Positions 34,352 through 43,316 of a stretch of 64,000 bases of DNA are shown here, piece by piece; position 1 is the stretch's first letter, and each line of letters begins with the position of its first letter. Under the pieces are notes generated by a model. The model was given only the letters and a program-made list of their open reading frames with translations. It was not told the DNA's origin and ran no database searches. Made by a program: the position numbers and the translations under genes. The stretch is from Microbacterium sp. GTDB lineage: Bacteria; Actinomycetota; Actinomycetes; Actinomycetales; Microbacteriaceae. The stretch spans positions 1,785-65,784 of the forward strand of contig NZ_JASGEL010000091.1 of the NCBI RefSeq assembly GCF_047606385.1. Reading direction: 5' to 3'.

Positions 34352-35586
34352 CAGCTCGCGAAGGTGATCGGAGGGGCCTCGCGGCGCATCGCCCAGGCGC
34401 CCGCCTGCTGCACCTTGACCTCCATCACGTCGGTGAGCGCGAAGGTGCGCGCATCGCGCCAGAACCGGTCGTACGCGTACTTCCGCGAGCTGGCCTGGCC
34501 GCCCAGGAACTTCGGCAGCTCGGCCGCGAACCCGGTCGTCGCCTCGTAGGCGGAGATCTTCGCCTGGATGCCGGCGATCGAGACGGCCCCGCGCTGGTCC
34601 GCCTGCGGGTCGCGCCGGAAGGCGAGCCCCTTCTGCATCGCGATCTCCAGCGCGGCCTCGGCGGCCGTCAGGCGCGCCTGGTGCAGACCGAGCTGATATT
34701 TGATGGACGTGTCCTCGAAGATCCCCGGGTAGGTCGGATTGGTCTGGAGATAGTCGCGGAGCGCGTCCATCGCACCCAGCCCGATGCCGAGCAGGACGGC
34801 GCTGGTGAAGTACTGGGAGAAGATGCCGGCGAGGTCGACGGGGTTCGGCGCGGCGGATGCGGCGGCGTTCGAGCCGGCCCAGTGGTATCCGTCGGGCACG
34901 AACACGTCGTTGAAGGTGATCGATCCGCTGCTCGTGGCGCGCTGCCCCATGTTGTCCCAATCGTGGTTGAGCTGGACGCCGTCCCAGGAGAGGTCGATGA
35001 GCACCTCATGGCCGCCGCCGGTCTTCACCGACTCGAAGCCCTCCATCAGACCGATCGTGCTGGCATAGGAGGCGCCGGCGGACCCGGTGGCGAAGTACTT
35101 CGTGCCGTTGATGACGACGCCGCCGTCCACCTTGCGGATCGGGACGCGATAGTCCCCGCGAGCGCCGCGCTCGGCCACCGGGCTGCAGATCAGGGCGCCC
35201 TCGTCCCGCACGCGCCTGATGACCTCCTGCCGGGCCTCGGCGCCGAGCTTGCTGTTCGCGCCGGTGAGCGTCACGGACTTGCGCCGCGTCAGCTCGTACA
35301 CCTGGGCGGTCGAGCCGTCGCCGGCCGCGATGTTCTTCACGACGTGGAACATCGTGAGCGTGTCGTCGTACATGTCCTCCGAGGCCTGGCCGCCCGCGGA
35401 CCTCGTGAGCGAGAGATCGTGCAACGGAGACCGGGCGATCAGGCGCATGTTCTCGTGCGGGAACGTGGCCTCGCGGTCGACCTCGGCGGCCGTCGTGGCG
35501 AACTTCTCACGGAGCTCGGCGGCGGCGTCGACGTACTCCTGGCGGAGGGCGGTATCGCTGGACGGGGTGGGCACGGGATCCTCCAT
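34351..35586 (-). CDS. Acyl-CoA-dehydrogenase-fold flavin-dependent monooxygenase (group D, two-component)
   Basis: 411 aa with three-domain ACAD architecture, paired with a flavin reductase. No CoA-thioester catalytic-base context is evident. Confidence 0.75.
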   Translation of the reverse strand: MEDPVPTPSSDTALRQEYVDAAAELREKFATTAAEVDREATFPHENMRLIARSPLHDLSLTRSAGGQASEDMYDDTLTMFHVVKNIAAGDGSTAQVYELTRRKSVTLTGANSKLGAEARQEVIRRVRDEGALICSPVAERGARGDYRVPIRKVDGGVVINGTKYFATGSAGASYASTIGLMEGFESVKTGGGHEVLIDLSWDGVQLNHDWDNMGQRATSSGSITFNDVFVPDGYHWAGSNAAASAAPNPVDLAGIFSQYFTSAVLLGIGLGAMDALRDYLQTNPTYPGIFEDTSIKYQLGLHQARLTAAEAALEIAMQKGLAFRRDPQADQRGAVSIAGIQAKISAYEATTGFAAELPKFLGGQASSRKYAYDRFWRDARTFALTDVMEVKVQQAGAWAMRREAPPITFAS

Positions 35587-35675
35587 TACGCGTCACCAGG
35601 GATGATGAACGACTTCGTATGCAACGCTACACACCAAGGCCGGGACGCGAAACAGTGGAAACACCACTTCTCGTC

Positions 35676-36917
35676 TCATCCGGGTGTGGCCGGTCCACAC
35701 CGCTTGCGGCTTCGCAGCACGGCGGCGGCGATGGCGCACGTGACGACCAGCGGGATCCCGCCCGACAGCGCCATCCCCCACCGCGCGCCGAGCTGCTCCA
35801 CGATCAGACCGAGGATCGGGCCGCCGAAGGCCTGCCCGCCGGAGGCGATCACGATGTAGAGCGACATCACGCGGCCCCGCATCGCCAGGCTCGACGACGT
35901 CTGCACCATCGTGTTGGAGGCCGTCCACATCAGGATGTTGCACGCCGCCGAGGCCGCGATCAGCGCGACGAACAGCCACTGCGAGGGAGCGAAGGCGGCC
36001 AGCAGCTTGAAGCCCATGAATCCCACGGTGGCGCTGTAGACCGTGCGCAGGCGCACCCCCTGCCGCGCCAGCGACAGCAGCGCCCCCACGAGCGCGCCCA
36101 CGCCGAGGGCGGACGTGTACAGCCCGTAACCCGTGGCGCCGGTGTCGAAGACGCGTTCCGCGACGCTGGTCAGCAGCACCGGCCAGTTGATGCCGATCAG
36201 CGAGACGACGAACAGGACGGCGAAGGTGAGCCGGATGGACCGGTTGCGGATGCAGTAGACGAGCGCCTCACGGATCTGCCCCCGCCCCGCTCCCTCGCCG
36301 ACGGGGATCCGGGGGGACGAGGTCCGCACGAGTGCGAGCGTGACGATGTCGACCGCCGCGAGCGCAGCGGCGGACAGGAACGCCCAGCGGTCGCCGATCA
36401 CGAGCAGGACGCCGCCGACGGCGGGACCGATCATCTGCGCCAGCTGCGAGATCGTGGCGTTCAGGCTGATCGCGTTCGGAAGCACCGCCGGATGGGCGAT
36501 CTCCGCCACCAGCACCTGGCGCGCGGGCAGGTCGACGAGCGCGAGCAGCCCGGTGACCGCGACGGCCGCGAAGATCGCCCCCGTGCTGAGGAGCCCGGCG
36601 AAGGCGAGCAACGCCAGCAGCGCGGCGACGGCAGCAGCCGTCGTCTGCGTGACCAGCAGGATCACTCGCGCGGAGTTGCGGTCGACGACCAGGCCGCCCC
36701 ACATGCCGAGGAACAGGGCAGGGCCGAACTGGAAGAGCACGAGCGCGCCCACGACCGCTGCGTCGCCGGTGAGCTGCAGGACGGTCCAGTCCTGCGCGAT
36801 GCGCTGGATCCAGATGGCCATGGCGGCGGCGAGCTGCCCCGCGATGAAGACCCGGTAGGTGGGGATGCGCAGCGCGCCGATCGGGTCTCGGCGCCGCGGG
36901 GAGTCAGAGGTCGTCAC
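35676..36917 (-). CDS. MFS transporter
   Basis: 413 aa with about 12 TM helices. GTG start. Confidence 0.85.
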   Translation of the reverse strand: MTTSDSPRRRDPIGALRIPTYRVFIAGQLAAAMAIWIQRIAQDWTVLQLTGDAAVVGALVLFQFGPALFLGMWGGLVVDRNSARVILLVTQTTAAAVAALLALLAFAGLLSTGAIFAAVAVTGLLALVDLPARQVLVAEIAHPAVLPNAISLNATISQLAQMIGPAVGGVLLVIGDRWAFLSAAALAAVDIVTLALVRTSSPRIPVGEGAGRGQIREALVYCIRNRSIRLTFAVLFVVSLIGINWPVLLTSVAERVFDTGATGYGLYTSALGVGALVGALLSLARQGVRLRTVYSATVGFMGFKLLAAFAPSQWLFVALIAASAACNILMWTASNTMVQTSSSLAMRGRVMSLYIVIASGGQAFGGPILGLIVEQLGARWGMALSGGIPLVVTCAIAAAVLRSRKRCGPATPG

Positions 36918-36957
36918 GGGGAATGCTCACGGTGGATCGGTGGTCGACGGACGCGGA

Positions 36958-36999
36958 GAGGCCGGGACCGGCGCGTCCACACGCTCCGGCCCCGGCCTC
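36958..36999 (-). terminator. Strong GC-rich stem-loop between the ABC binding-protein gene and the MFS gene
   Basis: GAGGCCGGGaCCGG...CCGGcCCCGGCCTC forms a 14-bp stem with one mismatch. The 14-nt loop has a nested GCGT/ACGC stem. It starts 7 nt after the SBP stop and has no U-tract, which is common in high-GC actinobacteria. Confidence 0.45.
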
Positions 37000-37005
37000 G
37001 ACCTG

Positions 37006-38559
37006 CTAGTTCACGGTGATGTCGTCGAAATAGATCCGCTCATCCAGCACGGGCGTGAAGTTCACCCGGTCGGAGACCCCGTAGGCATCGGGCTGCTGGT
37101 ACAGGAACACCGCCGGTCGATCCTCCGAGATGATCGACCAGATCTGCTCGTAGTCCGCCTGCCGCTGGGTGTCGTCCATCTCGGACGCCGCTGCCGTGAT
37201 CAGCGCGTCGACCTCGGGATTCTCGTAGTCGAGCCGACCCACGTTCGCGCTGTTGCCGCCCTGGAACCACGGGACGTCGCTGCTCGAGTCCAGGATCGGG
37301 TCCCCGAGCGCGATCAGCAGACCCTCCTGATTGGTCTTGTTGCTGAACGCGTCCAGATACGCCGTCCCGCTGAGCGTGTCCAGCTGCACGTCGAACCCGA
37401 CGGCGTCGAGCTCGCTCACGATCAGCTGGGCGACCTGGGTGTCCAGGAGGTAACGGTCCGAAGGCGCGGTGATGTGGATCGTGATCGGCTGGCCGCCGCC
37501 GACCTCCTGGACGAGCTCCTTGGCACGGTCCTGGTCGTACACCGAGGTGTTCAGGAGGTCCGGGTTGGCCCCGAAGACGCCCTCCACCGCGCGCTCACGC
37601 AGCGTGGTCGCCTCGCCCTTGAACAGGGTGCTCGTGATCAGGTCCTTGTCGATCGCGAGGTCGATCGCCTCCCGCACGCGCGAGTCCGCGGTGACCCAAG
37701 GGTCGTTCGTGCGCAGGGCGAGCAGCATCACGCGCGTGCTCGGGCCGAGCACGGTCTGCGCGGTGCCGTCGTCGTCGAGCCGATCCCAGTCGGTCGGATC
37801 GACGTCCGTGACGATGTCCGCGCCGCCCGTCAGCAGCTCGCTCACACGCGTCGAGGCCTCGGGGATGGTCCGCACCACCACCTGTGCCCACTTCGGCGTG
37901 TCACCGAAGTAGTTCGACGACGGGCTCAGCGTGATGTGATCGTCCCGCACCCACTCGTCGATCTTGTAGGGACCGGACCCGACGGGGCTCTGGAGGTAGG
38001 CGTCCATCCCCTCGTCCGCGATCAGCTGCTGCGGCAGGATGGAGCCGCCGACCGAGGCGAGCACGCGGAGCATCGTCGGCATCGCGGCCTTCGTCTTGAT
38101 CTCGATCGTGTCGCCGTCCGCGGTCACGGACTCGATGCCGCTGAAGAACGAGTACTGCGTCAGGGTCTGGTCGGTCGCGACGCGCATCAGGGAGTAGACG
38201 ACGTCGTCGCCCGTGAGCGCGCTGCCGTCGGAGAACTTCACGTCGTCTCGCAGCGTGAAGTCCCAGGTGAGGTCGTCCACCTGCTCCCAGTCGGTCGCCA
38301 GGTCGCCGACCGGGTCCAGGGTCTCCGGGTCCAAGGTCACGAGCCTGCTGTAGATGTTGCGGTCGATCCGCTCGCCGTTGATGCTGGGCACCGCGCCCGG
38401 GTCGAGCGTGGTCGTGTCAGCGCTCTGCGCGATGACGAGCTTGCTGTAGTCGCCGGTCTCCGTGCTCGAGCCCACGCCCGCGCAGCCTGCGAGGGCGAGG
38501 GCGGCGGCCACGCCCGCCGCGACGAGCGCGATGCCTCGCCGAGGATGCTTCTTTACCAT
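37006..38559 (-). CDS. ABC transporter substrate-binding lipoprotein, family 5 (peptide/nickel/opine type)
   Basis: 517 aa with lipobox LAGC and an SBP_bac_5 pattern. Confidence 0.9.
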   Translation of the reverse strand: MVKKHPRRGIALVAAGVAAALALAGCAGVGSSTETGDYSKLVIAQSADTTTLDPGAVPSINGERIDRNIYSRLVTLDPETLDPVGDLATDWEQVDDLTWDFTLRDDVKFSDGSALTGDDVVYSLMRVATDQTLTQYSFFSGIESVTADGDTIEIKTKAAMPTMLRVLASVGGSILPQQLIADEGMDAYLQSPVGSGPYKIDEWVRDDHITLSPSSNYFGDTPKWAQVVVRTIPEASTRVSELLTGGADIVTDVDPTDWDRLDDDGTAQTVLGPSTRVMLLALRTNDPWVTADSRVREAIDLAIDKDLITSTLFKGEATTLRERAVEGVFGANPDLLNTSVYDQDRAKELVQEVGGGQPITIHITAPSDRYLLDTQVAQLIVSELDAVGFDVQLDTLSGTAYLDAFSNKTNQEGLLIALGDPILDSSSDVPWFQGGNSANVGRLDYENPEVDALITAAASEMDDTQRQADYEQIWSIISEDRPAVFLYQQPDAYGVSDRVNFTPVLDERIYFDDITVN

Positions 38560-39464
38560 TTCTTTCTTCTCCAGGTTCTTCTTGATGCAGGAACGACACG
38601 AACCGCCTCCGAGATGGCGGCGAGGACTTCGGTACGAGGGGGAACACCTCCTTCACCGGGGACGAGGGTGAAAGGCACGATGTCGCGACTGATCTCCACG
38701 AGCTTCTTCGTGTAGTCGGTCGCGGGGTTCTGGAGGACCACGCCGGCGGGACCGTGCTCGACGACCTTTCCGAGGTTCATGACGACCACGTCGTCGCTGA
38801 TCCGCTCGACCGCGTTCAGCCCGTGGGCGATGAACACGATCGAGAGCCCGAGCCGCTCCTTCAGGTCGATGAGCAGCGCCAGGATCTGCGCCTGGATCGA
38901 GACGTCGAGCGCCGAGACCGCCTCGTCGCACACCAGCACCTTCGGGTTCATCGCCAGCGCGCGCGCGATCGCGATCCGCTGGCGCTGGCCGCCGGAGAAC
39001 TGGTGCGGGTACTTCTCCAACGCCGAGGCGGGCAGCCCCACCATCTCGAGCAGCGAGACGCACCGCTGCACGAAGTCCTGGCTGCGGTCGAAGCGCTCGT
39101 GCCGCAGCGGCTCCCGGAGCAGCGCCTTCACCCTCATCCGCGGGTTCAGCGACGAATAGGGGTCCTGGAAGACCACCTGGATCGCGCGCAGCGCCCGCTG
39201 CGAGGACCGCTTGGCGTGCAGATCGACCGCCGCGCCGTCGAACAGCATCGTTCCCGCGTCGGGAGTCTCCAGTCCCATGATGATGTTGGCGAGCGTGGAC
39301 TTCCCCGACCCGGACTCGCCGATGATCCCGAGCACCTTCCCCCGCCGCAGCACCACGTCGACGTCGTCGAGCGCACGCACCGGCACGCGCTGGAGCCGGT
39401 TCCGCACGTAGAAGGTCTTCACGATGCCCGTCATCTGCAGGATCGGCTGGCTCTCGTCCATCAC
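38553..39464 (-). CDS. ABC transporter ATP-binding protein (DppF/OppF-like)
   Basis: Walker A GESGSGKST, signature FSGGQRQR, Walker B VLVCDEAVSALD, and an oligopeptide-type C-terminal extension. Confidence 0.9.
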   Translation of the reverse strand: MMDESQPILQMTGIVKTFYVRNRLQRVPVRALDDVDVVLRRGKVLGIIGESGSGKSTLANIIMGLETPDAGTMLFDGAAVDLHAKRSSQRALRAIQVVFQDPYSSLNPRMRVKALLREPLRHERFDRSQDFVQRCVSLLEMVGLPASALEKYPHQFSGGQRQRIAIARALAMNPKVLVCDEAVSALDVSIQAQILALLIDLKERLGLSIVFIAHGLNAVERISDDVVVMNLGKVVEHGPAGVVLQNPATDYTKKLVEISRDIVPFTLVPGEGGVPPRTEVLAAISEAVRVVPASRRTWRRKKW

Positions 39465-40285
39465 CGGCCCTCCTCGTCCTCGAGCACCAGGGTCCGGGCC
39501 GTCGCGAGCGACGACGCCGCCAGCAGGCGTCGGGTGTATTCGTGCTGCGGGGCGCGCAGGACGGTGGCCGTCGACCCCTCCTCGACAACCTGCCCGCGGT
39601 ACATGACGATCACCCGCTGGGCGAGCCGGGCGACGACGCCGAGGTCGTGGGTCACGAACAGCAGCGCCGTCCCCCGCCGGTGGGTGAGGTCGAACATCAT
39701 CCGCAGCACCTGGTACTCGATGGTCACGTCCAGCGCCGTGGTCGGCTCGTCGGCGATGAGCAGGCGGGGCGACTTGACCATCGCCATCGCGATCATCGCG
39801 CGCTGGCGCATGCCGCCCGACAGCTCGTGCGGGATCGCGCGGGCGACCCGTTCCGGGTCGCGGATGCCGACCTCGTGGAGGATGTCGAGCACGTCGCGCT
39901 GGCTCACCGAGGTCCCGCCCTCGCGAATCTGCCGGCTGATCGGCATCAGCGGGTTCAGCGCGGTCAACGGCTCCTGGTAGACGATGGAGAGGTCGGTCCG
40001 CAGCACCCGGCGGCGCTTCTGCGCCGACATGCGGACCATGCTCACGCCGTCCCAGCGGATGTCGCCCCCGCTCACGCGCAGCCCCGGGTCGAGCAGGCCC
40101 AGGATGGAGAAGCAGGTCAGGCTCTTGCCCGAGCCCGACTCGCCGACGATGGCGACGCGGTCTCCGGCGTCCATGCTGAACGACACGTTCCGCACGATCG
40201 GCGTGTCCGGCGCATCGACGGTCGAGACGCAGAGGTCGTCCACGACCAGCAACGGTGATGTGGAATCGGTCGTCATCTGCGCCAC
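39461..40285 (-). CDS. ABC transporter ATP-binding protein (DppD/OppD-like)
   Basis: Walker A GESGSGKS, signature LSGGMRQR, Walker B LLIADEPTTALD. Confidence 0.9.
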   Translation of the reverse strand: MAQMTTDSTSPLLVVDDLCVSTVDAPDTPIVRNVSFSMDAGDRVAIVGESGSGKSLTCFSILGLLDPGLRVSGGDIRWDGVSMVRMSAQKRRRVLRTDLSIVYQEPLTALNPLMPISRQIREGGTSVSQRDVLDILHEVGIRDPERVARAIPHELSGGMRQRAMIAMAMVKSPRLLIADEPTTALDVTIEYQVLRMMFDLTHRRGTALLFVTHDLGVVARLAQRVIVMYRGQVVEEGSTATVLRAPQHEYTRRLLAASSLATARTLVLEDEEGR

Positions 40286-40286
40286 C

Positions 40287-41165
40287 TCACAGCGTCGTCT
40301 TCAGTCGAGGGTCGAGCACCGCCCGCAGCCAGTCGCCGACGAACAGCACGCAGACGACGGTGAACGTGATGCACAGGCCGGGGAAGGTGCTCAGCCACCA
40401 CGCGGTCGCCAGGTAGTCGCGTCCGTCAGACAGCATCAGGCCCCAGGAGATGTCCGGCGGCTGGATGCCGACACCGAGGAAGCTCAGCGACGACTCCGTC
40501 ACGATCAGGGTCGCCACGCTCAGCGTCGAGAGCACGACGAAGGTCGGCACGACGTTGGGCAGGATGTGCCGGACCATGATGTACACGTGGCTCGACCCGA
40601 ACGTCCGGGCCGCCTTGATGAACAGGCGCTCGCGGATCTCGAGCACCTCGTTCCTGATCTGCCGCGCATAGATCACCCAACTGGTCAGGCCGAGCACGAT
40701 GATGAGGGTGAGCAGTCCGGGACTCAGGATCGCGAGCACGGCGAGGATCAGCAGGATCGCCGGGATCGAGAGGAGCGCGTCGACGATCCGCATGAGGATC
40801 GCGTCGACGGCTCCGCCGAAGTAGCCCGCGACGATCCCGACCACCAGGCCGATGGCTCCCGACACGACGACGCCGAGCGCGCCCACGACGATCGAGACCT
40901 GCGAGCCGACCATGAGACGAGAGAGGATGTCGCGCCCGAGCTCGTCCGTCCCGAGCAGGTGCCAGCTCGGGCTGGTCGTGAACGGCGGCAGCAGCGCCTG
41001 CACGGGGTCGACGGCCGTCGGGTCGTACGGCGCGATCACCCGGGCGAGCGCCGCGGTCGCGCAGACGATCAACAGGACGACGATGCTCACGCGTGCCGGC
41101 CATGTCATGGACGCGAGCAGCGTGCCCTTGCGCACCACAGGCGCCGAGATGTCCTGTGTGCTCAT
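40287..41165 (-). CDS. ABC transporter permease (DppC-like)
   Basis: 292 aa with 6 TM helices and a BPD_transp_1 EAA-type loop. Confidence 0.9.
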   Translation of the reverse strand: MSTQDISAPVVRKGTLLASMTWPARVSIVVLLIVCATAALARVIAPYDPTAVDPVQALLPPFTTSPSWHLLGTDELGRDILSRLMVGSQVSIVVGALGVVVSGAIGLVVGIVAGYFGGAVDAILMRIVDALLSIPAILLILAVLAILSPGLLTLIIVLGLTSWVIYARQIRNEVLEIRERLFIKAARTFGSSHVYIMVRHILPNVVPTFVVLSTLSVATLIVTESSLSFLGVGIQPPDISWGLMLSDGRDYLATAWWLSTFPGLCITFTVVCVLFVGDWLRAVLDPRLKTTL

Positions 41166-41178
41166 GACCGCGCCTCGC

Positions 41179-42099
41179 TCATCCCTTGACCCCGATCCGG
41201 CGGTCGGCGAGCCGGAACACGACGTCGCCGACGATGTTGACGAGGATGACCATCACCGCGATGACGAAGACACTCGCCTGCACCACCGGCAGGTCCCGGT
41301 TCGACACGGAGTTGACCAGGAGCAGGCCCATGCCCGGCCAGGCGAAGACGGTCTCGGTGACGATGACCCCGCCGAGCAGGCTCGTGAACAGCAGCAGGAT
41401 GATGCTGACGACCGGGACGAAGGCGTTGCGCAGTGCGTGCCCGTACAGGATGACGGCCTCGGGCAGTCCCTTCCCGCGTGCCGTGCGGATGTAGTCCTTG
41501 TTCAGCTCTTCGATGACGCTGGAACGGACGAGCATCATGATCTCCGCGGCCAGGGCGATCGCGATCGACACCGAGGGCAGGATCAGGCTCTGCCAGCTGC
41601 CCGACCCGGAGACGGGGACCAGCCGCAGGGTGACCGCGAACAGGAGGATGAGCATGATCCCCAGCCAGAACGTCGGCATCGCCTTGCCGAAGACCGCGAC
41701 CGAGGAGAGGACCGTGTCGATCTTCTTGCCGCGGTTGACCGCGAGATACACGCCCGAGGGCACGGACAGGACGATCGCGACGACGATTCCCCACACCGCG
41801 AGCGTGAGCGTGACCGGCAGGCGATCGAGGACGAGTCCCAGCGCCGGCTGGTTGTAGCGGTACGAGACACCGAAATCGCCCTGGATCGCGTGCCAGATGT
41901 AGTCGAGGTACTGCACGTACAGCGGCCGGTCCAGGCCGAGGGAGTGCCGCAGGGCCTCGACCTGCTCGGGCGTCGCATGATCGCCCAGCAGGCTCGCGAC
42001 CGGGTCGCCGGCGACGTAAACCAGCAGGAAGACGAGCGTCACGATGATGAACAGCACCGGGACGGCCTCGAGGACCCGCCGGATCACGTATCTCAGCAT
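41179..42099 (-). CDS. ABC transporter permease (DppB-like)
   Basis: 306 aa with the N-terminus MLRYVIRRVLEAVPVLF typical of DppB/OppB. Confidence 0.9.
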   Translation of the reverse strand: MLRYVIRRVLEAVPVLFIIVTLVFLLVYVAGDPVASLLGDHATPEQVEALRHSLGLDRPLYVQYLDYIWHAIQGDFGVSYRYNQPALGLVLDRLPVTLTLAVWGIVVAIVLSVPSGVYLAVNRGKKIDTVLSSVAVFGKAMPTFWLGIMLILLFAVTLRLVPVSGSGSWQSLILPSVSIAIALAAEIMMLVRSSVIEELNKDYIRTARGKGLPEAVILYGHALRNAFVPVVSIILLLFTSLLGGVIVTETVFAWPGMGLLLVNSVSNRDLPVVQASVFVIAVMVILVNIVGDVVFRLADRRIGVKG

Positions 42100-42139
42100 C
42101 TGATGGTCACCCGCTCTCTCATCGCTTCAGCGTACCAGC

Positions 42140-42159
42140 TTGCATGCGAACTTGTCCGC
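42140..42159. promoter_or_regulatory. Conserved 20-nt operator-like module TTGCATGCGAACTTGTCCGC
   Basis: 18/20 identical to 49892-49911. It lies 41 nt upstream of the dppB-like start. On the coding (minus) strand it is followed after 5 nt by the -10-like TACGCT. It abuts the AT palindrome AAAAATTTTT (42160-42169). Confidence 0.45.
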
Positions 42160-42200
42160 AAAAATTTTTCTCAAGTTTCCCGGCCCGTCGGGGACGCGCG

Positions 42201-43316
42201 TCAGCCGAATCGAGCGGGGGCGAGCGCTGTGTCGTCCAGCATCTGATGGCGCCCGAGCATGCGCGCCACGAGGATCTCCGCCGCCGGCAGCGCGTGCATG
42301 AAGCCGTGATGACCGAGTCCGGTGGCCACGTACAGCCCGTCCGTGCCGGGGACGGCGCCGACGATGCCGATGTCGTCCGGGGATGCCGCGCGGTGACCCC
42401 ATTCCGACACGAACACCTGGTCCGCGCGCAGCCCGGGCAGCCGGTGGGTCAACAGGCCGACGGTCCGCTCGGGCTCGGACGCGTCGAAGAACACCGCATC
42501 CTCGCGGTCGGCTCCGCCGATGATCAGCCCCCGCCGGCTCGACACGAAGTACCCGCGCGTGCCCATGTCGAAGACGAGCGGGAGGCGGACGGGCAGGCCG
42601 TGCTGCGGAGCGGTCAGGAAGATCTGCCCCCGCTGGTTCCGGATCGGCGGCACCCACCCGGCCGGCGACAGGGCCGGGATGCTGCCCATGCCGGCGGCGA
42701 CCACGACGGCGTCCGCTGCGATGCCGCCCTCGGCGGCCGTGACTCCCCGCGCGCGTTCGTGGCGGACGTCGACGGCGACGTCGCGACCCTCCACGATGTC
42801 GACGCCATGGCGCTCGCACAGGTCGAGGAGCGACTGCAGGACGGCGGCGGGCGATGCCGTGCCGTCGTGGGCGGTGTACCAGCCGCCGCGGACCCCGTCC
42901 ATGCGCATGCCCGGCACGACCGACTCCAGATCGGCACCCGTCAGCCGCTCGATGGAGCCGCCACCGCCGCGCACGACCTCGGCGATCGACGCCCGCAGCT
43001 CGTCGTGCGCCGGCTCGGTGCTCAGGTAGAGATAGCCGTTCGCCTGGAAGTCGCTTCGCACGTCGTCGCGATCCCGCCACTCGGCCATGATCTGCAGCAT
43101 CCGCAGCGTGAGGGCGACGTTCACCGGCTGCGCGAACTGCGAGCGGATCCCGCCGCCGCCCAGCAGCGATACACCGCCGCCCGGCTGATACCGATCGACG
43201 ACGCAGACCCGCTCGACGCCGGACTCGCGCAGCTGCACCGCCGTGGCCAGACCCATGACGCCGCCGCCGACGATCACGACGTCGTAGCCGCCTCGCGTGT
43301 CCGCGCGCTCAGTCAT
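42201..43316 (-). CDS. FAD-dependent oxidoreductase (DAO family, sarcosine-oxidase-beta-like)
   Basis: 371 aa with dinucleotide fold DVVIVGGGVMGLATAVQL. It overlaps the hyuB stop by 8 nt. Confidence 0.85.
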   Translation of the reverse strand: MTERADTRGGYDVVIVGGGVMGLATAVQLRESGVERVCVVDRYQPGGGVSLLGGGGIRSQFAQPVNVALTLRMLQIMAEWRDRDDVRSDFQANGYLYLSTEPAHDELRASIAEVVRGGGGSIERLTGADLESVVPGMRMDGVRGGWYTAHDGTASPAAVLQSLLDLCERHGVDIVEGRDVAVDVRHERARGVTAAEGGIAADAVVVAAGMGSIPALSPAGWVPPIRNQRGQIFLTAPQHGLPVRLPLVFDMGTRGYFVSSRRGLIIGGADREDAVFFDASEPERTVGLLTHRLPGLRADQVFVSEWGHRAASPDDIGIVGAVPGTDGLYVATGLGHHGFMHALPAAEILVARMLGRHQMLDDTALAPARFG

